IMG/VR virus record: IMGVR_UViG_3300027996_000026
Location: 2,116-66,115 of that record
DNA: 64,000 bases
Reading direction: 5' to 3' (one strand)
DNA from: a virus
In this document: positions 1 to 12,342 of the stretch, piece by piece
Layout of the letters: each line of letters begins with the position of its first letter
Position numbering within the stretch: the stretch's first letter is position 1
Program-made: the position numbers and the translations under genes
The notes under the pieces: model-generated
Database searches by the model: none
What the model was told of the DNA's origin: nothing
What the model saw: only the letters and a program-made list of their open reading frames with translations

Positions 1-579
1 ATCCATTGCTTCATTGTAAATTAATTCACTTATATTCATTATCTTACCTTCTGGATCTGTTGTATCTATATATCTCTTAGCTTCAGCTAATGCTTCATCT
101 TCTGATTCATATCATCATGACATCTCTCATAGTAATTCTATTCTGTATTCGTATATTTCTCATCTATAATATTTATCTAATGTTTTAATTTCATTGTCTA
201 AATATGTTAATGTTACTTTCTCTAAATTACATTTAGCACAAGTTAATTCTTCTTCTGCTTTCTTTTTTGATACATATATATATCCCCATTGTCAGCTATC
301 CCATCTACATCAGAATGGTGATGTTGATATTGTTACTCATGAATGTTCGTATAAATATACTGTATGATAATATACTTCTTCCATCGATAATCATTCTCAT
401 TCTAAATACATAGCGAATGCTTTCTCTATACTGGCTTGTCATTCTGGTAATTCATCATCACCACTATAGTTTCTATGTGATGTAACTAATGTTCATAAGT
501 TATCCCACTCTCTAGGATTTTCTGGATATTCATCCTGTGTTATCTCTATATTATATCACAAATAATTTGTATCTATCAT
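1..579 (-). CDS. Conserved hypothetical phage protein (runs off the window edge)
   Basis: With TGA=Gly: MIDTNYLGYNIEITQDEYPENPREWDNLGTLVTSHRNY...VYLYEHSGVTISTSPFGCRWDSGQWGYIYV. Resembles a recalled phage family of unknown function. Confidence 0.75.
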
Positions 580-923
580 ATTGTTTCTTTATTGTTAGTC
601 ATTAAAATAGTATTTAATTTTCTAATATAATAATCAACTCTGTCTTTTGTTTTAATCCTTTGATGATATAAATTAGATACTAAGCATGGACTCTTTCATA
701 GTCTTTCTCATACTCAATCTCTTGTATGTATATCAGTAGCTCTTTCAACTAAATTAGATAATTCATTTAATTTAATCTTAGTTGCTAACTCTTGCTTACT
801 TCTTAATCTTTTCTTTTTATCTTTACTTATTGATAATGGTTTAACATATATAGTATATAACATTAATGTTACTAATAAGTTAATCATTAATATTATTATA
901 AGTATTGTGATTATTATTTCCAT
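573..923 (-). CDS. Hypothetical membrane-anchored protein
   Basis: Track ORF 714..923 reads through TGA to a TAG at 573-575. Hydrophobic N-terminus. Confidence 0.65.
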
Positions 924-950
924 AATATATTTTTTAATTGTAAAATAAAA

Positions 951-981
951 ATACTATCAACTCATAATGAATTGATAGTAT
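951..981 (-). terminator. Probable intrinsic terminator
   Basis: Stem atactatcaa/ttgatagtat followed by a T-rich run on the minus strand. Confidence 0.5.
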
Positions 982-991
982 ATTGATAATG

Positions 992-2506
992 TTATATATT
1001 CATTACCTTAATTGTTTTATCCTTTGTAACTTCAGTAGCTATTAATTGTAAGTCTCAGATTTCTTTTAGAATTTCTGTTCTTAAATTTATTCCAACTGAT
1101 TCCCACTTATCGAATAATATAAAATCTAGATCTAAATATTTTATAAATAATTTAGCTATAAGTAATTCAATATATAATTCATTACCTGTACTAGTAGCTC
1201 AATATTTATTTCATTCTTTATCATAGATAGTGAATGTCTCTTTCATATTACCATTCTTTAATCTTTCAAATAATCTAATATCTAATCAAGTTTCTTTTAC
1301 TTTCTCTTCTATTGTTTTATTGAAATCTGTTTTTATCTTTTGATACTTCTTAATTGATTTAGTTATATTAACTGAATCAAGATCTTTAAGTTGTTTATCT
1401 TTTATATCTAGTTCTTCTTGTAAAGTAGATTTTCTATTCTCTTGCATATCATAATCTCTTAGAGCTGTTGTATATATATTATACTCTTCAGTATTACCTG
1501 GAGTATATTTTATTCATACAGCTTTAGATTTTTCTTGTAGACTGCTACTTATTTCCATAGCTAGTATTGATTCATATGCTGGTTCTTCAACTTGTGCTAT
1601 ATGATTATTTCTATCAGATTGTAATTTAATTAAATGCTCTTTTGCTTTTGGTATTTGATCTGTTACTTCTTTATATTCTGCTCTTAATTGTTTAAGCATA
1701 TCATCTGTATTTTCAATTTTGATTAGTGTTCAGCACTCTCAACAATTATAATCTTTAGCATCTTTTAACTGAGTTGCTTCTCTATGTATACTTCATTGTT
1801 TAAGTTCTAAGTCAAGTATACTTTCTTCTAGTTTCTTAATCTCAGAATAATTATATAACTCAGCATTCTTTGTTTGAGTTTCATAATCTTCTTTAGTTAT
1901 TTGATTCCTTCATCTAATTGCTATATTATCAGATGCAAATTTATTTTCCATTGCTGTATATGCATTTAATATTTCAGATGAATTATCTGGTATAGCTTTA
2001 ATCTCTATAGGTTTCTCTATATTTAATTCCTCTATTGCTTCTTCTAATCTTATAGCATCATCTGAGATCTGATCCTTCTTTGCATCAAATTCTTTTTCTT
2101 CAGCTTTGAGTCTCTTCAGATTATTATTAGCATCATCTAATATAGATGAATCTATATCTAATATTTTAGTTATTAAAGATCTTTGATCTCAAGTACTCTT
2201 AGTTAATTTAAAGAAATTACCTGGTACTATATATCTAATTATCTCTGCTTGATTAGTAGTTAATGTTCATCATCCTACTATTCTTTTATTACTCATCTCT
2301 ACATCAAATGCTTCTGTCTTTAATGTTGCTCTACCATCTGGTAGAGTAGTTCAGTATCATGGATAATATCATGAATAGCAAGCCATTATACAATTTAATA
2401 TTGTAGTCTTACCTATCTTACTCATTCATACTATTCTAGTTTGTTTATCAAACTTAACTTCTTTTTTAACTCAATGTACTCAATCTACTTTTATTGATTT
2501 AATCAT
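992..2506 (-). CDS. Rad50/SbcC/SMC-like ATPase with long coiled coil (504 aa)
   Basis: N-terminal Walker A IVG(TGA)MSKIGKTT, central coiled coil, C-terminal signature-like ATSTGNE and Walker B-like FILFDKWES. Confidence 0.8.
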
Positions 2507-2513
2507 TTGTATT

Positions 2514-2741
2514 TTAATATAATATAATAAATATAATTCATAGTATCCAAAATGGACCGAATAATAAATATCATATTATTCTTTTCTTTAAACTATATGG
2601 CTTAAAATATGGTTTATATATTTTCCTTATGTTTAATGTATTTCTAAAAAATATTGTTTTATCTTGTCATACTAATGTCCATACAGATATTAGTAATATG
2701 ATTATTCAAATAATACAATATATTGCTAATGCTAATAACAT
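2514..2741 (-). CDS. Small membrane protein
   Basis: ATG..TAA ORF under table 25 with a hydrophobic N-terminus. Confidence 0.45.
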
Positions 2742-2762
2742 ATTTTAATTGTTAATTATAAA

Positions 2763-4613
2763 TTAATATCATTTCTTTTTATTTAATCTTCTCTCTTTAG
2801 ATAAGCTTGATTCTCATAATATTATTCTTCCATTATTATAGATTCATGATATTACTCATACCCAACTCTTACCTCTATTTTTAGTTATTATATATCTTAT
2901 AGGTCTTCATTCTCATTCAGATCAAGTTCATCATGTATCGCTTCTATCTCTATCTATATGTATAACCTTGTTAGCTACTTGTGCTATTGCTGCACCATCT
3001 TTAAATGAATCATTATCTGGCTCGTCATCCTTACCTAATTTTCTATAGTGACTAACTAGCAAGCATGATACTTTGTATTTTCTGATTAGATCATTTAACT
3101 GATGCATAAACTCTTCTATAGCTAGATCATGTCTCTGGTTCTTTTCGAACTTTACATAATGTAAATGATCTATTACTACAAGTTTAACTCATCTATTAAT
3201 TACTACATCCTTGAATAAATTCTCTAGTTCTTTTATTCATACCATTTGTTTATGTGCTAAATCTATTATCCCTTTATTAAAGTTATTTAGATTTTTTACT
3301 GCTGTCTGAATATCTAATTGTATACCTGGATAATCTTCTTCAGTAAATAAATTTGCTTCAAATATTGAATGTGATGGCATAGGCTCATCTAACTTATTCA
3401 TAGTTAATCTCTTTTTCCTAATCGCTACTACTTGATAATATATATCATTGATTCTACTTTCTTCTAATCTATCCTCTAATGAATATCTTGCTACTGCAAA
3501 TCATTGTCTAGCTACATTATTAGCTATCTGATTTACTATAGTTGTTTTACCTACTCATGTTATTCATCATATTACTATTAATTGTCCTGGTAATAAATAT
3601 CATAGATTTGTATCAAACTTCTCAAATCAATAACTCATTACTGTAGATTTAGTTCTTAATCTTAATTCATCATATCATCTTGCTAATCATTCATCATATC
3701 AAATTAATGAGAATGTTTTTTCTTTAGTTTGAACTGATAGATCTAATATAGATCATAATAATTCTGCTCATGAAATTTTTCATAATTCATTTACATCTTC
3801 AGCTATACTTTCTTCTAACTCATATATATCTGAATCTATCTCTGCTTTAAATCATTCCTTACATTTTATTCCAGCTGGATCATTATCAAATAATATATAA
3901 ATCTTAGTAAACTTATTTAGTAATGCTACTAACTCTTCTGTAGGTTTAGCTACTGCAGATTTAAATCATATTACTTGTTGAGTATATTGTCTTAATGTAA
4001 GATAGTCTGTTAATCATTCTACTAATATTATATAATCTCTCTTGAGATCTTTATCGAAATGATAAAACATTCCATCATTACCATTAGTATAAAATCATTT
4101 TCATACTAGACTTCTATATTGATATCAAGTCTTTACTCATTTTATATCATGCATTATTGCTGATATACAATAAGTTTCTTGATCTGGTGCATCCTTTCAG
4201 AATGTCTTTGCCTTCGTTAATGATATTATATTATTAGGAAGTAGCTTCAATTGGATTCATCTTAAGTACAAATATGAAGCTAATCTATCTTCATCGTTGA
4301 TCTTGTAGACTTTTTCTATAGGTTTCCATTCATCTTTCTCTATATGTAGATTAAAGTTTTGTTTAGTAAACCATTCTATTGCTTCTGGTATTGTAGCACC
4401 TGTAGCTCATATATAGAAATTTAACGGATTCCCATGAGGTCTCCAGTCTTTTGCTCAATTGAAATTAGTTACTATATTATCCTTAACGCAATAACTATAA
4501 CTATCACTAAATTTTCAATCATCCCATATCCATTTCCTAGTATTAGTTTCTATTCACATAGCATCTAATACTTCTTTTATATCTACTTGTTTTATTTTTT
4601 CTAAAGAATCCAT
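2763..4613 (-). CDS. Fused primase (TOPRIM)-DnaB/SF4 helicase (616 aa)
   Basis: TOPRIM motifs IILVEGLTDYL and ILFDNDPAG. Helicase motifs GITGVGKTT, LEDRLEE, LVVIDHLH, LLVSHYRK, IITKNRG. Confidence 0.9.
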
Positions 4614-4960
4614 TAATGTATATTGTTAATGTTATTTTTATATTCATATCACGATTTTATAAATGGTCTCAGATATGGATTATTAAAAAATCTTGTCTTA
4701 AAGTTTTTTGTTTTTGTTTCTTCTTCGCTCCAATAATCATAGAATGTATCTATACAATGCTCTAACTGTTGTACTGTTATATTATATTTACTGATCCTTT
4801 TTCAAAACCATTTTCTAAATGAGTCTAATGTTTCTTTAGGTTCATATCATAATTTTATTAATGAGTCTATTAAATATGCTAGTACTTCTTTATCACATTC
4901 CTCTTTTTCAGAGTCTACCTTTATATAATCAGTAAACTCTTTTATATATTTATTTTCCAT
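4613..4960 (-). CDS. Hypothetical protein upstream of primase-helicase
   Basis: Open ORF of 115 aa. Its stop overlaps the primase start. Confidence 0.6.
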
Positions 4961-5084
4961 TTAGTATTACTATTATATAATAATTCATTTTATTTCCATT
5001 CTCTTTCTTAATGCTTCAGCTTTTTTATGATCTCATCTATCATACAATATTTTTACTGCATCTCTTCATTGTCAATCATATTTA

Positions 5085-5696
5085 TTAACCATTGTTGTGT
5101 TTATTAATTTTAAGTATTGTCTTGCTATAAGCAATTAGTTCTAAGAATATATCCATATATTCTGATGCTATAACTTCTTCGAATATATATTTATCTTTAT
5201 TTAAATATAATATTCATCACTTGTCTTCGTAAGATAACCAACAATATCATGTAACTTGTAATTTATATTTTTCATTTTTTCTAATTGAACTCTTATAATC
5301 TACTGGTCAGATATTTGTTCATGCATCTACTTGTCATCTTATATCGTCTCTAACGAATGTTTTTTCTTTATAGGCTATAACTATATCATTACATACTTTC
5401 CACTCTCTCCACCTACGATAGTATAGTGTTTGAGGTGGTGTATGTGATTTGATAGTAGCTACATTTGATCTACTACTAATATTATTTTCTATATTAGAAT
5501 GTACCAATGTTCATCTATTACAAGCTTCTTCTAATTTATCTGAATGATTATCTTTTATATATTCAAATGATGGATCTATAAAGATAGATAATAATTCTGT
5601 AATAGAAATTTTATTATCTCAATATCTTCAGTATGAAAAAGAACTTGCTAATCTTAGTCAATTTTTTTCACAGAATTTATTTAGATTCTCATACAT
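5085..5696 (-). CDS. PD-(D/E)XK family exonuclease
   Basis: Motifs SITELL, NRGTLVH, IRGQVD, VDYKS, YKLQVTGY. Confidence 0.75.
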
Positions 5697-6033
5697 TTAA
5701 TTTAATTGTTATTTCTTCTATTCTTAATAATCAACATACTTGATCATTAATATAGATATCTAATTTAATCATACATCATATTACATCTATTAATGTAGTA
5801 TCTGCTTCTCATCATTTATATCTTCATACTCATGATAGAGTATCTATTACTATAGGATTATGAGCTGTCTTATTTATTGTAGCATTTGTTTCGAAGTCTC
5901 ATATTTTAATTTTAAATAATTCTGATATATCATTAACTTCTTTAATATCTTCATAATCAAATTCAAACCATGCACTAGTTACATCCTTATCCTTTGTTCA
6001 AAATCATTTACTTCAATTAAATTGTAGTTTCAT
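5677..6033 (-). CDS. Hypothetical protein
   Basis: Open ORF of 118 aa under table 25. Confidence 0.55.
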
Positions 6034-6053
6034 TTTATAATTTTAATAGTTAA

Positions 6054-6076
6054 AAGACTAAGTATTACTTAGTCTT
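6054..6076. terminator. Hairpin, possible terminator
   Basis: aagactaagta-t-tacttagtctt, an 11-bp inverted repeat at a gene end. Confidence 0.35.
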
Positions 6077-6538
6077 ATGTTTCCTTTTATCTGAAAAATC
6101 TAATGTTATTTCAAATGAACTGTCAAGTTCTAAATTTCATGCATGTTTATTAGCATGACATATATTACACATAGGATATACTTTATTAGGATAATTATAA
6201 TCTTCATGATGCATATGTATTCTTTCTTTAGAATTACATACACAACATGAAGTTGGTTTTTCTAATTTTCTTTTTCATCTATAATAATTTCATACATCTC
6301 TTTGTGCTTTCCTTTTTTCTGGAAATCTGATAGCCCATTCTTTAGTATATTCCTTTTGTTTTTTATTCCTTTCTGGATCGTTATGATATCTGTCTCTATC
6401 TCTTTGTCTGTATTGATCTGTTCTTCTTTTAGATTTATAACAAATTTTACATTCTCATTTAACTCATTGAGATCATCATTTTTGTTTATAAAATTCTGAT
6501 AACTCTTTAGCTAGATTACATAATTTACATCTCTTCAT
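6065..6538 (-). CDS. HNH-type endonuclease with N-terminal Zn finger
   Basis: KRCKLC..KELSEFY..CKIC, then CCVC..IHMHHEDYNYP..VYPMCNMCHANKH. Confidence 0.75.
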
Positions 6539-6615
6539 ATTTTTTTATTAAAAGGTAATTACTTATAATAATATGAATTTACTCAGACAAGTCAAACTTT
6601 ATTTAAAAGGAAAAT

Positions 6616-7680
6616 CTAGAAGGGTATATCCTCTATACTTATTCATCAATTTGTATCAGTCTTCTCAGATGGTGATTTTTTATCTGACTCTGGAGAAGCT
6701 GTTGTAGTTTCTTCTTTTGGAGATTCTATTGCTGTATTATTACTTATAGGTAATTTAGCATAATCTCATTCTTCTTTATTAAATTCATCTTGTTTATATT
6801 GATTACATAAATCATCTATATAATCATATTGTTCAGTATTATCTTCTGATGCTAATTTAATATCTTTAAACTCTGGCTTAAAGAAGTTACCATGTTTAGT
6901 TGATACTAATGTAGCTACTAATAATGAATCATCAAATCTTCATTCTATTCCTTGAGTTGTTTTCATCTCTTCGAATAATGATGAACATGTCGCTAATGCA
7001 TCACATAAACTATTTTCTACTATTGTAGATTCTTTAGTCTCTGCATTCCATTTATTACCGAACGCTGCTGCACTCATGAATAATCTAAAATATTCTCATG
7101 CGAATAATCCATCAGTAAATACTCAATAGATTATAAATCATTCACTTAAGAATGATGATGCATATGGTTGATTAGTCTGAGTTAATCATAACTTATAGAA
7201 TGGATTCTTTTTCCCACCTGGAGTCATCTCAGTTTTAAATAATGTTTTTAAATCTCAAATTGTATTCTTAACAACTTGTCATCCATTATTATTCTTGAAA
7301 AATATTTCATCAGTATTTCTACTAAATCTAAAATATTCTTCTGTAAATGCGAAACTTCTTTTAGGTTTACCTGCACTATCTAATATTTGATTACCTCCAT
7401 CATCTAATAAATAGTATGATCAGTTAATTCATTTTCTTATCTTTAATATATTCATTCAAACTGATGGATCAAATTTTTCATATTTGTCTCATCAAGCTAT
7501 CTTGATCATTAATTGTCCTGCTAATGCTTCATCTATTTCTTTACCTGGTGCAGCATTATATACTTTTATAGAATGGATCTTATCCATAACACTAACTTTG
7601 TTAGCTCTTTCTGCTCATCTATTATACATAGATGGTACTTCGCTTTTAGCAACATCAGTTACTTCTTTTCATTCTGCCAT
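6616..7680 (-). CDS. Putative ssDNA-binding or annealing protein (354 aa)
   Basis: Acidic low-complexity tail ending in ISIEDIPF-stop, an SSB-type tip. Located in the replication module. Confidence 0.55.
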
Positions 7681-7763
7681 ATTTTATATGGTTAATAATA
7701 TAAATGATAGACTAACTATCAAAAAAATATTTTAAGTAATGAAAGAAAAGAAAAAGAATTGTT

Positions 7764-8192
7764 TTAAGACTTTTTCATTTTTCTATATTCATTAACTATT
7801 AATGGTGTTATATCTTCTCAAATATAAATCATCCTCTCTAGTTCTTTTATTCAGATAGTATTCTTTAATTTATTTATAATTATATCTATAGTCTCATGCA
7901 ACTCTGCGTTTGCTACTAAGACTATATTATTCTGATATAATCTAAACTTCTCGAACATTCACTTACTTAATAAATGAGGATAGCATGATGGCGTAGGATT
8001 CATTACGAACTGATCTGTAAGTATACATACTCATTTATAATAATCATATACTTTATCATGTACTGCCGTTTCTGTATTTCATCTATCTAATCTATTTCTC
8101 TTAACTGTTCATATAGATTTCAAGGGCTTGTTTGCCATTCTTGTAGACTGCCTTAAGAAACTTTTTCATTGTCTGAGTTGGCTTGTTTTCAT
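7764..8192 (-). CDS. HNH/NinG-like nuclease-fold protein
   Basis: Basic N-terminus (NKPLK), then CILTD..CYPHLLSKG..RLYQNNIVLV..LH. Confidence 0.45.
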
Positions 8193-8761
8193 TCTGTTTT
8201 AATGTTATCTATATTTTCTTTTGTATCTTCTTCTTGATCTGTTATATCATCTATATTTTCTATAGAATTTTTTTCATCTAATGCTTTTTGTTTAGCTACC
8301 ATTTCATCTCTAATCGCTTTAGCTTCAGTATTATATACTTCCTGCTTAGCTTTAGATATTTTTCTTTGTTCAGCTAATATTTCTCAATATTCTTTATATG
8401 CTTTTTTAATCTCATCTCATAAATTAAATGCATCATCAGCAATTAATTGTTTAGCGATCTTGTGAACATATCCTAATATATAATTAAGCTCTATATCAAA
8501 CGCTTTATCATTTGGCGTAACTGTATTAAATTTAAATGTAAAATGTTCTTCTATAATTTTTGCAAATCATACTGCAGATTTTATATTTAACTCATCATCT
8601 AGATCATGTAATGAAAATAGAGTATCTATATTTTCTATAGATCTTAATACTATAGCTTTATATCTAGCTATTTTTTTATAAGCTTCTTCTCATACTACTG
8701 ATTTATCATACATTGCATCAAACTTTGTTGCTGCTCCTTCTAATACTTTTAATGAATACAT
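8153..8761 (-). CDS. Hypothetical protein
   Basis: Open ORF of 202 aa. Confidence 0.6.
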
Positions 8762-8773
8762 ATTTTTTATTGG

Positions 8774-9277
8774 TTAATATTTATAAGTAATTGCTTTCAC
8801 CACAGCTTTGCACATTTTTAGTAATACCTCATCTCACCAATCACTCCTAGCCATATTTACACAAAAACAAATTATTCTACAATTGTCTTTTGTGTATCAC
8901 TTGTTAGGATTTATTTTATCTATACTTGGTGAAAATGGACTTGCTCTTTTATTGTATCACTCTTCTCTATTAAACTTTATTCAAGTTAATTCACAAGTTC
9001 ATTTTTTTAATCTCTCAGTTATCCATTCATTATCTAAGTCACAATCTAATTTAAATCTTTTAGATCTTCATTTTGCGTTTGATAATAACGAAACTGTTTG
9101 TCATTTCAATGTCTTAGTCCATTCTCTCTTATATATAGTTTTTTCTTGTGTATGAATGTATTTATATTTTTTTCTATAACACATTTTACAAGCACTTCTA
9201 TATCAATCTTTTTTTCTTGCATCAGCATAAAAAGATTTTAGTTGCTTGTTTTTTTTACACATACTACATATTTTCAT
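8774..9277 (-). CDS. His-Me finger-like (homing-type) endonuclease
   Basis: KICSMC..CKMC; CELTG; SPSIDKINPNKGYTKDNCRIICFCVNMARSDWG. Confidence 0.75.
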
Positions 9278-9293
9278 AACTATTTTTTATAGA

Positions 9294-9710
9294 TTAATAC
9301 TTGTAACTGATTGCTTTCACGCACATCATCTGTGCTTCTATACATAGCTCTGTTGCTCTTTGCATAAGCATTGTTTTTTCTGCAGACTGTGGATCTTGCA
9401 TTCAAAAATCTATTGCTACTAAATCTATTGCTTTAGCGAATAATTCTTTTATCTCTGTTACTTCCTGCATTCATCCAGGATTAAATGTTTTTCAAACTAA
9501 TTCTTCTCATAAAGTTAATTTCTGTTCTTCAGTTTTTTCTTCAGATATATTTATATCATCCATTGGAACTCAAGTAAAAAATTCTTTTGCTTCTGTAAAT
9601 GTTTTACACTCGTGTTCTCTATTTCATTCCATACACTTTACAGTTATATTTCATGATGTACTAAGAAACATTTGTTCTGCTTCTTGTATAGTTAATGCTA
9701 TTGGGTTCAT
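9294..9710 (-). CDS. Acb2/Tad1-like protein (candidate cyclic-nucleotide sponge)
   Basis: C-terminal half reads TLGEELVGKTFNPGGMQEVTEIKELFAKAIDLV..ATELCIEAQMMCVKAIS, matching my recollection of the Acb2/Tad1 hairpin motif. Confidence 0.55.
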
Positions 9711-9719
9711 AATATTTTT

Positions 9720-9992
9720 TTATGCAAATAATTTTCTGAAAAATCCGAATCACTTATCTTTAGGTAATCACTTAAACATTTTTTTACTTATGTTTTTATA
9801 TGAATTAGCTATTTTTTGTTCCTCGAATATTTTAATTCTTTTTTCTTTTCACTTTGGATGTGATGTATATACAGAATTATTTCTAACTCTGCTTCTAACT
9901 CTAGATGCTTTTCTATCATACACTCTATTAGTAAATGATAGTATTCTATCTTTTGTTTTTAACTCATCATTTATTTGTTCTCTTGTTTTCAT
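9720..9992 (-). CDS. Basic hypothetical protein
   Basis: Open ORF of 90 aa. Confidence 0.45.
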
Positions 9993-9995
9993 AGT

Positions 9996-10544
9996 TTATT
10001 GTAATATTGATATTTCCATTCTAGGATGTTCTATGTCTTTTCATCATACAGATGAATAAGTATTTGTTAAATGTTTAACATTGTCTTCTGGTATACATCA
10101 CAATTCCTGTAATGTATCACAAAAGAATTTATCTACTATAGCTGTTATATTCATAAGATCACAAGTAGCTGCTGAATAATATAATTTATATGTTATTTCT
10201 ATAGGAGTTTTGAATGTCTTTCATTGAAGCTGACTCTTCATTAAATCCTTATAAATTATCTTCATATTATTATTTACTATAAAATCTACATTACGATACC
10301 AATTTAAATTTAAAGATATCTTTCAGTCTGGTACTGTTTTCTTTCTTACTGGTATATATATAGGTGATATAATAACTCAATGCTCTGCTTGTGATACAGA
10401 ATATATTAATGATTGTTCTAATTTCTCTGTTTCTTTTCTACGCTTTATTATATATTCATCAAAGAATAATAATTGCTGATTAGTCATTTTAGATCTTGCT
10501 ATAAATTTATTTCATTTCTTTATTTGTTTTAAAGTAATAGCCAT
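9996..10544 (-). CDS. RusA-like Holliday junction resolvase
   Basis: SLNLNWYRN..CDLMNITAIVDKFFCDTLQELGCIPEDN..PRMEI, the D-x-x-N..K...D..D pattern. Confidence 0.8.
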
Positions 10545-10547
10545 AAA

Positions 10548-11021
10548 TTAATCTTGATTATCTAATAAACTAGTTTGCATATCAAGCTGTACTGGAGCTG
10601 ATATAATCATAGGAACTCATCATACATAGAAGATGAACATATCTGCTACTTTAACTGTAACATTCTCATAGTCTTCTAACATTTTCTTTATTCACTTGAA
10701 TACAGATAATTGTAATCATACTCTTCATATAGCTACATAATCTGTTTTATTTGAATTAACATATCATTTGAATGCATCAAGTGGTGTTCCCTCTATTGCT
10801 TCATATAATGAGATCAACTCATTAATTTTTTCTGATATATTCTCTGGTTCTAATACTTCCAGTATAGGTAATGTATGTTCTTGCTTAATCATTGTATGAT
10901 TATATATAATCCTTTCATTACCATAGAAAGCTATTCATGTATCCTTATTCTCTGCATATACTAGTTTTTTTCTACTAATATATAAATCAAGGAACAGCGA
11001 GACCTCTTGTTTTAAATTCAT
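10548..11021 (-). CDS. Hypothetical protein
   Basis: Open ORF of 157 aa. Confidence 0.55.
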
Positions 11022-11418
11022 AATTATCTGAATTAAAAATTAAAAATAAGTCATTTAAGACTTAGGTATAAGTCTATCTAATAAATCTAATAAAGCAAAA
11101 GATTATTTTAAATTTTGTAAATAACTTTCCTTATTTGTTTTTCTAATATAAAAAAAAGCTATAAATATTTTTATTCTATTCTGAAGATTTATAAGTGTAT
11201 TTATTTGTAAGTCTATATTTTTTTCGTTTTTGTATTTTAGTTTATATAGATCTAGTAATCTTATTTGTAACATTGTCATATTTTACTATTTATTAATATA
11301 AATATTATAATGATTTATTTTAATGCATAATCCTGGCATTAGATATAATATTATTTTTATTAATTTAATTATATAAAAAATTATATCATTGAAAGATTAT
11401 ATCCTATTTACTGCATTC

Positions 11419-11730
11419 CCTCTGTAATATAATATATAAGTAATATAGAAGATAACACTTCAATAAAATTCTGAAATATAAATTTCAGTTAAATATATTA
11501 TCATACAGAGGAGCAATAGACAGTCATGATTTGTACATCATCGATGAGTTATAGAGCCTATCCTACTTATATTCCCCCCAGCTAATTAAAGCTGCGTCGG
11601 TTATGATATGCATAAAGTAGTTGCCTACATATCCCAACTTGTATTGTAAAAAAAAACTACCGAACTATTAGTGGTAGTTCAGTAGTCAATACTCGTGAGG
11701 TATGAATTACTCCGTACCACTAATACGAGT
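11419..11730. ncRNA. Structured intergenic element (candidate ncRNA plus terminator)
   Basis: Several nested inverted repeats: cctctgta/tacagagg, ctgaaat/atttcag, cagct/agctg, gtag/ctac, actac..gaacta/tagttc..gtagt, actcgt/acgagt. Confidence 0.35.
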
Positions 11731-11780
11731 TTTATTTGAAAACATATTATTCATTTAATAATATATGTCAAAACTTTTTT

Positions 11781-12260
11781 TTATTTTAATGAATCTAAAT
11801 ACATATTTACTGCATTTATTTTTAAATTATCATCTAATGATTCATATGTATATTGGTCATTAACCATAGCTTTAAACTGGATAGCTCTCATTAATAGTAC
11901 TAATGATTCTCTTTCTATAATTATATCTTCATCTTCAGTATGTTTTAATTTATGACCATACAATTCTCATAATCTAGATTTTTGATCAGATGTTAATTCT
12001 TCTGGAATTTCTGCAAGATATGCATCATAATCTAAACTAGATTCTTCTGATTCATCTGATTCATCTGATTCATCTGATTCATCTGATTCATCTGATTCAT
12101 CTGATTCATCTGATTCATCTGATTCATCTTCAACTATTGGATCTTCATTAAGTTCTTCTGAAGGTGCTTCATCAGCATCATCTAGTTCAGTTACTTTATT
12201 TTCTAATCAAGTTAATGATTTATCTAGTGTATCAATGTTCTCTTTTAAGTCTTCTCACAT
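11781..12260 (-). CDS. Acidic protein with (ESD)n repeat (159 aa)
   Basis: Track ORF 11781..11963 extends upstream through TGA to an ATG at 12260. Confidence 0.7.
12046..12126. repeat. Nine perfect tandem copies of tctgattca
   Basis: Counted directly. Encodes Glu-Ser-Asp repeats on the minus strand. Confidence 0.95.
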
Positions 12261-12342
12261 AATTTAATATGTTATAATATAAAAAAGATTAATATAATTA
12301 ATCTAATAGCTAGTTTAATCATATTAATCATTTTGTAAAATT

